Positions 17,387 through 28,483 of a stretch of DNA of 64,000 bases are shown one piece after another. The notes under the pieces were generated by a model. That model was given only the letters and a program-made list of their open reading frames with translations. It ran no database searches and had not been told where the DNA came from. Within the stretch, counting starts at the first letter, position 1; every line of letters starts with the position of its first letter. The DNA comes from Nanobdellota archaeon (GTDB lineage: Archaea > Aenigmatarchaeota > Aenigmatarchaeia > QMZP01): assembly GCA_043814765.1 (NCBI GenBank), contig JBDRJQ010000028.1:1-64000 (forward strand). The letters are read 5' to 3'. A program made the position numbers and the translations under genes.

Positions 17387-19876
17387 ATGCCATATATTAA
17401 AGAAATAGATTTTAGCATATTGTCGCCTGAAATGATTAGGCTAATGGCTAGAGTTAGAATTGTAAGCTCTGATCTTTACGATGCTGATGGTTATCCCGTA
17501 GAAGGAGGAGTAATGGATCCAAGACTGGGTGTCATAGATCCTGGACTTCACTGCAGAACATGCAATGGTGGCATAGGAGAATGTCCTGGTCATTTTGGAT
17601 ACCTGGAATTAGCAAAGCCTGTTATACATGTGCTCTACACAAAATTTGTATACCATCTTCTGAAGCTAACGTGCAGAAAGTGCAACAGAATTATGATAAA
17701 AGATAAGGCCACTGAAAAATCGCACTTAATCCAGCCGCTAAAATGCCCGCATTGCAATGCCAATCAAAAGAAAGTGAGTTTCATAAAACCGTACACGTAT
17801 TACGAAGACAAAACAGAATTGTCACCTACTGATGTTAGAGAGCGTTTCGAAAAAATACCAAATAATGATCTTAAGAAACTTGGTATACTGGGAGGAAGAC
17901 CAGAATGGCTTATAGTAACTTTATTCCCAATACCTCCAGTAACAATGAGGCCTTCTATAACATTGGAAGGCGGTGAAAGATCAGAAGATGATCTTACGCA
18001 TAAATTGGTTGATATTGTTAGAATAAACCAGAGCCTGAAAGAAAATATAGACATAGGGGCTCCAGACTTTATTTTGAACGATTTAGCAGAACTTGTACAG
18101 TACCACATATCAACTTACTTTGATAACGAACTTACAGGTGCCCCATTAGCCAGGCATAGATCTGGAAGAGCTTTGAAGGGACTTGTTCAAAGACTAAAGG
18201 CAAAAGAGGGCAGAATAAGAGGAAATCTTTTAGGAAAAAGAGTTAACTTTTCTGCAAGGACTGTTATTTCTCCTGATCCAAAAATTTCCATAAATGAAGT
18301 TGGTGTACCTGAAATAATTGCAAAAGAATTGACTTTGCCAGAATATGTTTCGCTTGGAAACATAAAAGACATTAGAAATCTCATAAAAGAAGGAAAGGTT
18401 AATTATGTCGAAAGGCCTGATAAGAGAAGATTGAAAGTAACAGATACTAATAAAGATGACCTTGTAAAAAACATTGATGTTGGCTGGATTGCTGAAAGAA
18501 GAATACAGGACGGAGACATATCACTTTTCAACAGGCAGCCAAGTCTGCATAGAATGTCTATAATGGCGCATAAAATAAAAATAATGCCTTACAGGACATT
18601 CAGATTAAACCCAAGCGTTTGCCCACCTTATAATGCTGATTTTGATGGGGATGAAATGAATCTTCATATCCCGCAGAACGAAGAAGCAAAAACAGAAGCA
18701 GAGTTCTTAATGCAGGTGCATAAAAACATAAACTCTCCTCGTTTTGGCGGACCGATAATAGGTATGGATCTTGACCAGATATCAGGAATGTACTTGCTGA
18801 CTAGTAAAGGAACTGAACTGGACAGAGAATCATCAGCACAGCTTTTATCAAGTGCAGGAATTGATATTGAATTACCAAACAATGAAAAATTCACAGGAAA
18901 GGATATTTTCACGCAACTTTTACCAAAAGGACTGAACATAGAATTCAGGGCCAGCTGCTGCAAACACTGCGATCACTGTTTAAAAAGCAACTGTGAAAAT
19001 GATGCATGGGTTGAAATCAAAGATGGCGTCTTGAAAAAAGGAGCGATTGATTCAGCTGGTGTTGGTGCAATGAAAGGCAAGATACTGGCCAAATTAAACA
19101 AAATATATTCCTCAGAAGATATAAGAAATTTCATTGACAACGCAGGAAGATTGGGTGTTGCCTTCCTGATGGTAAGAGGATTCTCTCTGGGAATATCAGA
19201 TCTTGATGTTTCAAAAGAAACTACTAACAAAATCAGAAAAGAAATAATGCAAACAGAAATTGAAGCCAACGAGCTTATTAATAGTTATAAGAGAAAAGAG
19301 CTGCAAGCTCTTCCTGGATTAACACTAAAACAATCATTAGAGATGCAGATACTTAACAAGCTATCCACAGGCGTTAGCAATGCCGGTGATATAATAGCTA
19401 AAAATATAAAGAAAAGCGACATTCTTAACATGGCAATTTCTGGCGCAAAAGGATCATTCATTAACACAACACAGATGGCTGCTGTTGTCGGTCAAGAAAC
19501 AATATTAGGCAAGAGGATAAAACGCGGATACTTTGGTCGAACGCTTTCACATTTCAAAAAGGGTGACATATCACCAAAATCACAAGGATTTGTTTCAAAC
19601 GGATTCAAAAACGGCTTAGAACCAATTGAACTTTTTTGGAATATAATGAACGGCAGGGAAGGTCTGATGGATAAGTCTTTGAGAACAAGAAAATCTGGTT
19701 ACATGCAAAGAAGATTAATTAATGCTCTTCAGGATCTTAAAGTATCACCTGATCACACCATTAAAAACTCTGTGGGTGAAATCATACAATTTGTTGCTGG
19801 TGAAGACGGACTGGATCCATCAAAATCTGATTGGGGCAAATTTGATTGGAAAGAAGGAATAAGAGGAAGAATATGA
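17387..19876 (+). CDS. rpoA1: RNA polymerase subunit A' (Rpo1N)
   Basis: CPGHFG, catalytic [19 protein letters not shown]. Confidence 0.98.
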   Translation: MPYIKEIDFSILSPEMIRLMARVRIVSSDLYDADGYPVEGGVMDPRLGVIDPGLHCRTCNGGIGECPGHFGYLELAKPVIHVLYTKFVYHLLKLTCRKCNRIMIKDKATEKSHLIQPLKCPHCNANQKKVSFIKPYTYYEDKTELSPTDVRERFEKIPNNDLKKLGILGGRPEWLIVTLFPIPPVTMRPSITLEGGERSEDDLTHKLVDIVRINQSLKENIDIGAPDFILNDLAELVQYHISTYFDNELTGAPLARHRSGRALKGLVQRLKAKEGRIRGNLLGKRVNFSARTVISPDPKISINEVGVPEIIAKELTLPEYVSLGNIKDIRNLIKEGKVNYVERPDKRRLKVTDTNKDDLVKNIDVGWIAERRIQDGDISLFNRQPSLHRMSIMAHKIKIMPYRTFRLNPSVCPPYNADFDGDEMNLHIPQNEEAKTEAEFLMQVHKNINSPRFGGPIIGMDLDQISGMYLLTSKGTELDRESSAQLLSSAGIDIELPNNEKFTGKDIFTQLLPKGLNIEFRASCCKHCDHCLKSNCENDAWVEIKDGVLKKGAIDSAGVGAMKGKILAKLNKIYSSEDIRNFIDNAGRLGVAFLMVRGFSLGISDLDVSKETTNKIRKEIMQTEIEANELINSYKRKELQALPGLTLKQSLEMQILNKLSTGVSNAGDIIAKNIKKSDILNMAISGAKGSFINTTQMAAVVGQETILGKRIKRGYFGRTLSHFKKGDISPKSQGFVSNGFKNGLEPIELFWNIMNGREGLMDKSLRTRKSGYMQRRLINALQDLKVSPDHTIKNSVGEIIQFVAGEDGLDPSKSDWGKFDWKEGIRGRI

Positions 19877-21042
19877 AGACACTACCTCCATTGATAAGAG
19901 ATGAAGTAGAGGAATATATAAAAGAGAAGAAATTCACTCCTCAGCAAAAAGAGAAGCTAATAAAAATAGTCAAAGAACTTTATACAAAAGCAAGATATGA
20001 TTCTCAGGAAGCAGTTGGTATAGTCGCTGCACAATCACTTTCAGAACCTGCCACACAGATGACTATGCGTACATACCACTTCGCAGGCACTGCTGGCATA
20101 CAGGTAACTCTTGGTCTTCCAAGGATACTTGAAGTGTTTGATGCCAGAAAGGAACCAAGAACACCTACTATGATGGTTTATCTGGATAAGGAAAATGGCG
20201 AATTGGATAGTGTAAGAAAAATCGCTGAGAAGATTAAGGAAATAAAGTTAAGAGATATTATTATTTCAACTATTATGGATCTAACAGCTTCTGGAATACT
20301 ATGCAAGCTTGATGTTGATAAAATAAAGAAATTGGAAATAGAGATAGAAAAGCTTCCAAAATTAATCAAAATCAGAAACGTTGACATTAAACTTAAAGAA
20401 GACACTTTATATATTTCACCTAAAAAGAAAGAGATGAAAGGTCTTCACAAACTGAAATACGCCCTTTTAGAGAGCCATGTAAAGGGCATAAAAGGCATAT
20501 CCCAGGTCGTTGTAACAAAGGACAAGGGAGAGTGGGTTATCAACACAATGGGTTCAAGCTTAAAGAAAGTGTTTGACATAAACGGTGTTGATGCTAATCG
20601 CACAATAACAAACGATCTTTTTGAAATTTATCACGTTTTAGGTGTAGAAGCAGCCAGAAACGCAATAGTAAAGGAAGCAAAATACATAATGGATGAGCAG
20701 GGACTTAATGTTGATATAAGATACATATTGCTTTTGGCAGATACGATGACTAAAGAAGGAGATATCAGAGCAATAGGACGTTACGGAATTAGTGGGCAAA
20801 AAGCATCTGTTCTTGTAAGAGCATCTTTCGAGGAGACCAAGAAACACCTAATAAACGCATCTATACATGGTGAAAAGGACATGCTTACCGGTACAATAGA
20901 GAATATTATGATGAACCAGGTAGCGCCTATAGGTACAGGTTCATTTGAACTTCTGGGCAAAATACCTGATATTATGAAGAAAACAGAAAAAACAGCTCCA
21001 AAAAAGAAGCCAGCAGCAAAAAAAACTGCTAAGAAGAAATAA
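19873..21042 (+). CDS. rpoA2: RNA polymerase subunit A'' (Rpo1C) with Lys/Ala-rich C-tail
   Basis: [40 protein letters not shown] overlap with the rpoA1 stop. Confidence 0.97.
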   Translation: MKTLPPLIRDEVEEYIKEKKFTPQQKEKLIKIVKELYTKARYDSQEAVGIVAAQSLSEPATQMTMRTYHFAGTAGIQVTLGLPRILEVFDARKEPRTPTMMVYLDKENGELDSVRKIAEKIKEIKLRDIIISTIMDLTASGILCKLDVDKIKKLEIEIEKLPKLIKIRNVDIKLKEDTLYISPKKKEMKGLHKLKYALLESHVKGIKGISQVVVTKDKGEWVINTMGSSLKKVFDINGVDANRTITNDLFEIYHVLGVEAARNAIVKEAKYIMDEQGLNVDIRYILLLADTMTKEGDIRAIGRYGISGQKASVLVRASFEETKKHLINASIHGEKDMLTGTIENIMMNQVAPIGTGSFELLGKIPDIMKKTEKTAPKKKPAAKKTAKKK

Positions 21043-21092
21043 CCGGTACAGGGTAAACTATTTATAAATATAACTTAGCTAATAATGGTAAT

Positions 21093-21641
21093 ATGATTAC
21101 GAAAGAAGTTGAAATTCCTGAAGGTGTCAATGTATCCTATAAGGATAATTTCCTAGCTGTAAAAGGATCAAAAGGAGAGGTAAAGCGGGAATTCTCAGAT
21201 TCTAGACTGAAAATGGAGATTAAAGGCAATATTATAAAAATAACATCTTCAGATCAGAGAAGAAAATCAAAAGCTTTGCTTGGAACATGGACTGCTCACA
21301 CGCGCAATATGTTAGTAAGCGTTAACAACAAATGGGAAGCCAAGCTAAGGGGTGTTTATTCTCATTTTCCAATGAAAATTAATGTCGACCAGCAAACTAA
21401 TCGTGTTGTTATTCAGAACTTTTTAGGAGAGCGTTCTACACGCTATTCTAAGATACTGGAAGGTACAGAAGTTGAAATTAAAAATAATGAAGTTACAGTT
21501 ACAGGTTTGGATCGCGATAGGGTTGGTCAAACAGCTGCAAACATAGAACAGGTGACAAGAGTAAGAGGATATGATAAAAGAGTATTTCAAGACGGTATAC
21601 ACTTGGTGCAAAAAACCAAACTAGTTGAGTTGGGTGAATAA
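21093..21641 (+). CDS. rpl6: 50S ribosomal protein uL6
   Basis: VYSHFPM, NFLGER, GQTAANIEQ, DKRVFQDGI. Confidence 0.97.
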   Translation: MITKEVEIPEGVNVSYKDNFLAVKGSKGEVKREFSDSRLKMEIKGNIIKITSSDQRRKSKALLGTWTAHTRNMLVSVNNKWEAKLRGVYSHFPMKINVDQQTNRVVIQNFLGERSTRYSKILEGTEVEIKNNEVTVTGLDRDRVGQTAANIEQVTRVRGYDKRVFQDGIHLVQKTKLVELGE

Positions 21642-21642
21642 T

Positions 21643-22047
21643 ATGGAAGCTAAGAAAATTCATGTTAGAAAAGAAGTGAAATCTAAGTTAAAGCTTAGAA
21701 AAAAAATAAAGAAAAAGAAACCCGAATTCAAGAGACAGGAACAATGGAGATACAAGAGACTTAAGAAAGGATGGAGAAAACCAAAAGGCATTGATTCCAA
21801 ATTAAAAAAAGGTAAAAAATCTCGTGGTAAGACAGTTAGGCCAGGATACTCTTCACCAATATCTGTTAGAGGTTTGACAAAATCCGGTCATAAAATCGTT
21901 AGAATTCATAACGTCAAAGATGTAGACAAAATTCAGCACGCAAATGAAGTTGGTTTGATTGCTTCTGGAATAGGCGCAAAAAAAAGAGCAGAAATAATAA
22001 AATATGCTGAAGAAAAAAATGTTCATATAATGAACAAAACCTTTTAG
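21643..22047 (+). CDS. rpl32e: 50S ribosomal protein eL32
   Basis: KPEFKRQ...WRKPKGIDSK...GYSSP..VRGL. Confidence 0.96.
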   Translation: MEAKKIHVRKEVKSKLKLRKKIKKKKPEFKRQEQWRYKRLKKGWRKPKGIDSKLKKGKKSRGKTVRPGYSSPISVRGLTKSGHKIVRIHNVKDVDKIQHANEVGLIASGIGAKKRAEIIKYAEEKNVHIMNKTF

Positions 22048-22088
22048 TAGTTTCATATTCAAAAGATAGTAAAGGAAAAGATGATAAT

Positions 22089-22250
22089 ATGAGAAGCATG
22101 TTTCATAACAAATGTCCACTATGTGGCACATCAGGAAAAAACTGGCAGAAAAAGCCAGAAGTGTTTGTTTGCCCCAGCTGTTCGTCAGTTTTCTCACGTT
22201 TCGGTCTAGTACTAGAAACTCAAAACGAAACACAAGAATTGTGGAATTGA
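22089..22250 (+). CDS. Small Zn-ribbon protein (53 aa)
   Basis: Translated by hand: MRSMFHNKCPLCGTSG...VFVCPSCSSVFSRFG...WN; two CxxC motifs. Confidence 0.7.
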   Translation: MRSMFHNKCPLCGTSGKNWQKKPEVFVCPSCSSVFSRFGLVLETQNETQELWN

Positions 22251-22299
22251 AACCCTTTAGAAAAGTGTTTCATCCCAAAGATTCCATTTTACTTTTATT

Positions 22300-23187
22300 T
22301 TATCTTGTTGTTACAAGATGCCCGTCCTTTGTTATTATAATAGTGTGCTCTGCCTGCGATATTGGGGAGTTGTTAATATTGCGCAAAATAGGATAGGTTT
22401 CTAGAGCCATTGCTCCTTCTAATTGTCTCATGGCCAGTGCAACTTTTATTGGCGAAAACTTTTTGTAAAGCCAACGTTTTGCAAAAGGCAATTGCTTGAA
22501 TTCGTCTCTGGCTGTTGCTAATATTTCTCTAGCTTCTTTCAATCTAACAGGCCGATCTTGCAAATATCTGTATATCTCAGTAGTTCCGCTCTCTTTAACC
22601 TGTGAGTTGCTTTCAACTAGGAAAGGTTCCAATGCAATCACATCCCCTTCCTTAAAGGCATGCGTTGAATCGTTATCTACATTTAGAATAGAAGGCTGTC
22701 CATGAAATATATATTTATCCAATGTATGACCAGTGAGATTTAAAATCAAACCGTAACCCCTTTTTTCTGCTGCAGATGATATTGTTTTGCCAATTTTTGC
22801 TACTGTTACGCCAGGTTTTAAAATTTTAATTGCTTCTTCTAAAACTTCTTGGTTAGCTTTTACAAGCGGATTGTTATTTGAACAATAAGTGAATGCCATA
22901 TCACCAATATATCCATCAACATGCACTCCTATATCTATCTTTACAATATCACCATCTTTGATTTCTCTCTCATCATTAAATCTTGGTGTATCATGCGCTG
23001 CTATATTATTAATAGAGATATTTACAGGAAAAGCTGGCTTACCACCGCGTTTTTCTATTTCATTCTCAATAAAATCTGCAAGCTCTAGGATTTTCATTCC
23101 TGGTTTTATTTTTTTCAAAACATCTTCTCTTATACTGGCTGTTATAGAGCCAGCTTTCTTATACTTCTCCAGAATTTTTTCTTCCAT
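22300..23187 (-). CDS. map: Type II methionine aminopeptidase
   Basis: AFPVNISIN..AAH, KIDIGVHVDGYIGD, NLTGH, ALEPF, SQAEHT. Confidence 0.96.
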   Translation of the reverse strand: MEEKILEKYKKAGSITASIREDVLKKIKPGMKILELADFIENEIEKRGGKPAFPVNISINNIAAHDTPRFNDEREIKDGDIVKIDIGVHVDGYIGDMAFTYCSNNNPLVKANQEVLEEAIKILKPGVTVAKIGKTISSAAEKRGYGLILNLTGHTLDKYIFHGQPSILNVDNDSTHAFKEGDVIALEPFLVESNSQVKESGTTEIYRYLQDRPVRLKEAREILATARDEFKQLPFAKRWLYKKFSPIKVALAMRQLEGAMALETYPILRNINNSPISQAEHTIIITKDGHLVTTR

Positions 23188-23309
23188 ACAATATTTTTCC
23201 TTATGAGATATAAAAATGTTTAGGCAACTTTATTAACTAATTAAAACAATAATAAAATACAAACAAAAATCATATTAAAAAAATCTCAAATATTTTTGGA
23301 GGTATTAGA

Positions 23310-23360
23310 ATGGCAAAGAAAAAAGCAGCAAAGAAGGGTGGAAAGAAGAAGAAAAAATAA
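23310..23360 (+). CDS. 16-aa Lys-rich micropeptide MAKKKAAKKGGKKKKK
   Basis: SD GGAGGT just upstream, TATA-like TTTATTAA at ~23228, T-rich tract after the stop; opposite strand to both flanking genes. Confidence 0.6.
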   Translation: MAKKKAAKKGGKKKKK

Positions 23361-23395
23361 ATAAATTTAATATATTCTTCTTTTCCTTTTAATTT

Positions 23396-24172
23396 TTAAA
23401 TTTTTAACAGGCTCATTACTTCTTGGTGCATTTTTGTTCCATTAGTTGCAAGAAGATTAGGCGAATCCATTATCCATTCATTACCTTTCCAATCGGTTAC
23501 CTTTCCTCCTGCTTCTCTTACGAGAATGATGCCAGGTATTACATCCCAAGAAACTATATCTGGTCGCAACACCACATCATTTCTGCCAGATGCTAAGTAA
23601 GCAAGATCCAAGCCACCAGAACCCAATTGCCGGAATGCTCTGGCCTTCATTTTAAAAGTTGTGAATAATCTTTCTATTTCTTTTATACTGCCTGTAGTAT
23701 TTTTATGACAAAAGTTAACCAGTGTTTTCTTCAAATCCTTGTTTTTAGAAACCTTTATCTTTTCTCCATTAAGAGCTGCACCACTGTTGCTCTCTGCCAT
23801 AAAAAGCTCCTTGGAAATTGGATTGTAAACAATGCCCAAAACTATCTTTTTCTTTAAAACCAAACCAACTGATACGCAGAAAAACGGTATTCTAGTAGCA
23901 AAATTAGTTGTTCCGTCAAGAGGATCAAAATACCATGTATAATCAGACGATGTCTGTTTTTGCTTGCTCTCTTCTGATATTATATTATGCTCTGGAAACT
24001 TTTCTCTTATAGTGCTGAGAAGAATCTCATTGGATTCTTTATCCACATTCGTAACTATATCATGCCAGTTGTTTTCTTTGATATCTATTTCCTCTATATG
24101 GCCATAATTGCTTCTTATCAGCTTTCCTGCACGTTTAACTGCTATTAGAGCAGTATCAACAAGATCTTGCAT
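23396..24172 (-). CDS. suhB: Inositol monophosphatase family protein
   Basis: DIVTNVD, SEE, WYFDPLDGTTNF, GSGGLDLAYLASG, WDV. Confidence 0.92.
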   Translation of the reverse strand: MQDLVDTALIAVKRAGKLIRSNYGHIEEIDIKENNWHDIVTNVDKESNEILLSTIREKFPEHNIISEESKQKQTSSDYTWYFDPLDGTTNFATRIPFFCVSVGLVLKKKIVLGIVYNPISKELFMAESNSGAALNGEKIKVSKNKDLKKTLVNFCHKNTTGSIKEIERLFTTFKMKARAFRQLGSGGLDLAYLASGRNDVVLRPDIVSWDVIPGIILVREAGGKVTDWKGNEWIMDSPNLLATNGTKMHQEVMSLLKI

Positions 24173-24217
24173 ATACCACCAAATCAAACTAATATTATTT
24201 TTAAGTTATTAATAATT

Positions 24218-24607
24218 ATGATATCCTATAAACGCGATACTTTCATAGATGAGCAGCTCATAGACATTAGTAGAAAGACTAAAATGGACCATGTAGACGT
24301 ATCGCGTGTTGTGGCGCTTCGCAGCTTCGGTACAAAGAGCAGGAGAATCATTGCACGCTGTCACGTGCTCTCCAGAGCCTTCCAGGAGGCCCTGGGTCTG
24401 GACACGCATTATGTCATAGAAGTGATTTCAGAGCAGTATGACAGGCTTAGCGAGGAGGAAAAGACAAAAACACTCATCCATGAGCTCATGCATATACCCA
24501 AAGCGTTTGGCGGAGGCTTCAGACACCACGATCATGTTACCAGAAGAAACGTGGATAAATTATATAGAATTTATCTGCAAAATTCTATTCTCCCATCACT
24601 TGAATAA
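24218..24607 (+). CDS. Putative metallopeptidase
   Basis: LIHELMHIPKAFGGGFRHHD (HExxH). Confidence 0.85.
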   Translation: MISYKRDTFIDEQLIDISRKTKMDHVDVSRVVALRSFGTKSRRIIARCHVLSRAFQEALGLDTHYVIEVISEQYDRLSEEEKTKTLIHELMHIPKAFGGGFRHHDHVTRRNVDKLYRIYLQNSILPSLE

Positions 24608-25004
24608 TAACTTTTCTTTCTCTGGCCGGAACATCAAAATCCATAACAACAATCTGTTGCCATGTACCTAAAAACATTTTTTTGTCTTCAAAAGGAACAG
24701 TTATTCCTGGACCAGTTATTGTTGCCTTGACGTGAGACTTACCATTGTCGTCTCCCCAGGTTTCAGTGTGCTTATATTTTATATCTGAAGGAACGAGACG
24801 TTCGTACGCATCTTCCACGTCTTTAACAAGATTTGGTTCAAATTCTATAGTGGACACACTAGCAGTAGAACCAGGAACAAATATAGTAACAATACCGTTT
24901 TTTATTTTACTCTTTTCAATAATCTCAGAAACTTGTTTAGTTATATCTATTATATCTGTTTCAGGTTTTGCTGATACTGTTATGGAAGAAGTCTTTACAG
25001 CCAT
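24585..25004 (-). CDS. yjbQ: YjbQ/UPF0047 family protein
   Basis: FVPGSTAS...E, DDNGKSH, LGTWQQIV..DFD...R. Confidence 0.92.
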   Translation of the reverse strand: MAVKTSSITVSAKPETDIIDITKQVSEIIEKSKIKNGIVTIFVPGSTASVSTIEFEPNLVKDVEDAYERLVPSDIKYKHTETWGDDNGKSHVKATITGPGITVPFEDKKMFLGTWQQIVVMDFDVPARERKVIIQVMGE

Positions 25005-25042
25005 GTAATCGATTATTAAATCATTTTAATAAATATAAACTT

Positions 25043-25564
25043 ATGGTAGACATTGTTAATGCCACTGTCAGCGCAACAACACAGTTTGTAACATGGTCAC
25101 AGACAATGGTTGAAACAACCGGTTACTTAGGTGTGTTTCTTGTCTCTTTGATAGGCAGCGCTAGCATTTTTTTCCCAGTGCCCGCATTTATTGTTATATT
25201 TGCTGCAGGAGTCTTTTTGAATCCCTGGTTAGTTGGTTTGATTGCAGGAATCGGTTCAGCCATAGGAGAGCTGACAGGATATCTGCTAGGTTTTGGTGGA
25301 AGAAAGGTAGCTGAAACTAAGTATGAAAAACAACTGGAAAAAACAAAAAAATGGGTTGACAGAAGAGGAGCTTTTTTTGTTATATTCTTGTTTGCACTAA
25401 CTCCTCTGCCTGATGATATTGCAGGAATAATAGCAGGCGTAATAGAGTATGACATCAAGAAGTTTTTCATCGCAACTTTGATAGGTAAAATAATATTAAG
25501 TGTTGGCATAGCACTAGCCGGCTTCTATGGAATGAACTGGATTTTAGGTCTGATTGCTTTTTAG
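25043..25564 (+). CDS. VTT/DedA (SNARE-associated) membrane protein
   Basis: FFPVP, GSAIGELTGYLLG, LTPLPDD..G, GKII. Confidence 0.9.
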   Translation: MVDIVNATVSATTQFVTWSQTMVETTGYLGVFLVSLIGSASIFFPVPAFIVIFAAGVFLNPWLVGLIAGIGSAIGELTGYLLGFGGRKVAETKYEKQLEKTKKWVDRRGAFFVIFLFALTPLPDDIAGIIAGVIEYDIKKFFIATLIGKIILSVGIALAGFYGMNWILGLIAF

Positions 25565-25605
25565 CAATTAGAATATTTAACCCAGCTCATAACAATAATT
25601 AAACA

Positions 25606-28482
25606 ATGAATAGAGGAACTTTTGTTGGAAGGAAGAAGGGATTTATATTATCAATGGACGCACTCATGGCAATTGGATTATTGCTAACGCTCTCTTTCTT
25701 TATTTTGAGCTTAAGTTTTGTTTTTCCATCAGCAGACCTGCGCTATCACAGATTTTATTACATTGGCAAAGACATGCTTAATGTTGTTGAAAACATGAAG
25801 ATGTCTGCTTTATCAGATTATCCTAATGAATTTCCCTTGGTTCAGCAGTATCTAAATGATGGTATTTTAGTAGAGGAAGACCTTAACAAAACATTTTTGG
25901 ATATCATAGGATCTTTTTGGTCAAGCACAGAGACTGAAGGTTATGCAAAGAATCTAACAGAAGAGACATTAAATGTTTTATTCCCATCAAAAATGAGCTA
26001 TCGAATTGTTCTGGGAAACAATATTATTTACGAGCAAAATATAACAGAAAAAAACTATGTAGCCAGGCTATCAACTATTGTTTCTGGGTTCGAGCGTGGA
26101 AAACCAAGCTCAGGCTATATGGCAAGGGTGTATATAACAAAACTGAACAAGATATCATCTGATTATATCTATTTTGGCGGTTATGAAGGTGATGGCAATA
26201 TATCCAAAACATTAAATCTTACGACATTCGATTCTATACAGGAAGTTTACATGGAACTGAATGCAGGAAGCAATTTCACTCTTTATGTAAACGGAAACAG
26301 CTTGGGAGAATATGCAAGGGGCATTACCGGCGAAGATAACATGTCGACAGACAAGTGGATGGTATGCAACACGACATACAATCCAACTTACTGTTCCTAT
26401 TTTGTAGAGGGCAAGAATTCTATTACCTTTAATTTCACAGAATATGATAACAGCTATATTGGAGGAGGATATATAAAAATTAAATATGATAGCTCCAATC
26501 TGAATCAAGTATCTGCTGATAGTCTCGGTCAGAACGCAACACAGACTTATTGGCTGCCAGGAATAGACGGCATCATAAATCTTTATTCATCTTTTTATGT
26601 TCCAGGCTCTTTAAACTCCATGGACATATTCCTTGATTATGTAAGCAACTACACTGTTTATCTAACCATTGGTAATGCAACCATATACGAAAGCAGTAAT
26701 CCGCAGCATGTTAGAGCCAACATAACTGATCAGGCAATAAAAAACAATATTAGTTCATGGGGATTGGATTACGGAGTATTGAGCAATAGAACTATTCCTA
26801 TCAGAATGGGTTTAAGGAATATAACATATGTGCTATACAGCAGGTTAGGCGCAGACACTTTCTCAGTAACTGACATATCAGGCAGTATGGATTATGACAG
26901 TGGTGTTTCTAAAGAGAATGTTTTGCTTTGCGAATATGAGTGCTGCGGATGGCTTGGCTGCGGCAATGACGTTGATCCATGCGAAGTTGAATCTGATGCA
27001 GAGTGCGTAGATGCTGTTTGTGGTGATTGCCCTTGGTACAGATCGACTGAAACAGATTATGAAACTTACAACGGTTCTATAAACTACACCAAGCTTGAAG
27101 TTGCTCAAGACGCAAACAAGGCTTTCATTGACAGAATACTAAACTTAACCAACACATTAGTGGGCTTAACTTCTTACGCCACAAGCTTAAGTGATGTTCA
27201 TGATCTTTCAGATAACAAAGCATCTCTCTTTAACCAAATAGATCAGTACAACGCAAATGGATGGACTTGCATATGCTGCGGAATGCAGGAAGCAGAAGAC
27301 AGAATGATAGCTCAGAGTAATGCTTCAAGATTTAGAGCAATGGTTGTGATGAGCGACGGTGAAGCTAATGTAGAATGCACTCCGTATAATGTTTGTTCAG
27401 GAAGTCAATCATGCATACAGCGATCAAAACAGGATGCGATAGATATAGCATGCGATGCCTGGAATAACAACAACATAACAGTTTATACAATTGGTTTCGG
27501 TAGTGACGTGGATGAAGATACTCTGCAGTCAATAGCTGATTGCGGTAACGGCCAATATTATTACTCTAACACCAGCGAGCTAAGCGCTGTTTATGAGGAT
27601 ATAGCTGAAGAAATACTAAATGCCAGTTTTGTTGCACAAACTGTAAAGGTAGAAGGTAACTCAACAACGCTTAATACAACATTATTTTCAAATTCTTACA
27701 TAAGATTTAATTACACCTCTGTAGCAGAAGAGTTTGGCTATAGTGAAATTTCATTGACTTTTGAATCCAAACGGCTCAGAGACTCCACTGGAGAAGATTT
27801 GATTACTGATAATGTCACTGGAACCAAGGAAGGATGGTATTTCGTGCCAAATTCCACAGAAGTTATTGATTCAAAAATGACATCTTATTCATCCAGATTC
27901 TGGACAGATAGATTGTACGTAAAAAATGAAGACATGCCTGATTATGAAAGGATTTACTGGCTGGATGACTATAAAATGGATTACACTGATCTTGGAGATC
28001 CTTTCATTGTGCAAATACCTGTAAACTATGTAGCGTCTGGAAAAAACAATTCAGTTAAAATCGGCACCAGCATAGATCCATTTAACTTTACAGGCGGGTC
28101 ACCAGACGACAAGGTGATATACACTGTAAAAATTGAAATTGGAAGAGAAGGATATAGCGATGTTTTCCCAAAGGCAAAAGGCTCTACACAAACTATATGG
28201 TATGATAAGGATCAGGACAGCGTACCTGATGGCTCTTCTAGCGTACAAATAGGTTCTGATCCGTCTGATATCTTTGATCCTATGAACGATTCTATAGACG
28301 ACGCATTCACAAGATTATTGGACAGCTTAAATTTCATAGACGATACAGGAGATGATGACGGCAGCCAAACCAATCCCATTGATCTTGAGATGGTATCTGA
28401 AATAAGCTTTGATACGCTATTTGTGTCAGGAGTTCCTTCGCTGTGGGGACCAAGTAAATTTGAAATAATAGTATGGGCTTGA
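25606..28482 (+). CDS. Large pilin-like VWA-domain adhesin
   Basis: Class III signal KKG/FILSMDALMA; MIDAS DISGSM, T(CICCG), MSDG, VYTIGFG; Cys-rich insert; many N-x-S/T sequons. Confidence 0.85.
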   Translation: MNRGTFVGRKKGFILSMDALMAIGLLLTLSFFILSLSFVFPSADLRYHRFYYIGKDMLNVVENMKMSALSDYPNEFPLVQQYLNDGILVEEDLNKTFLDIIGSFWSSTETEGYAKNLTEETLNVLFPSKMSYRIVLGNNIIYEQNITEKNYVARLSTIVSGFERGKPSSGYMARVYITKLNKISSDYIYFGGYEGDGNISKTLNLTTFDSIQEVYMELNAGSNFTLYVNGNSLGEYARGITGEDNMSTDKWMVCNTTYNPTYCSYFVEGKNSITFNFTEYDNSYIGGGYIKIKYDSSNLNQVSADSLGQNATQTYWLPGIDGIINLYSSFYVPGSLNSMDIFLDYVSNYTVYLTIGNATIYESSNPQHVRANITDQAIKNNISSWGLDYGVLSNRTIPIRMGLRNITYVLYSRLGADTFSVTDISGSMDYDSGVSKENVLLCEYECCGWLGCGNDVDPCEVESDAECVDAVCGDCPWYRSTETDYETYNGSINYTKLEVAQDANKAFIDRILNLTNTLVGLTSYATSLSDVHDLSDNKASLFNQIDQYNANGWTCICCGMQEAEDRMIAQSNASRFRAMVVMSDGEANVECTPYNVCSGSQSCIQRSKQDAIDIACDAWNNNNITVYTIGFGSDVDEDTLQSIADCGNGQYYYSNTSELSAVYEDIAEEILNASFVAQTVKVEGNSTTLNTTLFSNSYIRFNYTSVAEEFGYSEISLTFESKRLRDSTGEDLITDNVTGTKEGWYFVPNSTEVIDSKMTSYSSRFWTDRLYVKNEDMPDYERIYWLDDYKMDYTDLGDPFIVQIPVNYVASGKNNSVKIGTSIDPFNFTGGSPDDKVIYTVKIEIGREGYSDVFPKAKGSTQTIWYDKDQDSVPDGSSSVQIGSDPSDIFDPMNDSIDDAFTRLLDSLNFIDDTGDDDGSQTNPIDLEMVSEISFDTLFVSGVPSLWGPSKFEIIVWA

Positions 28483-28483
28483 T

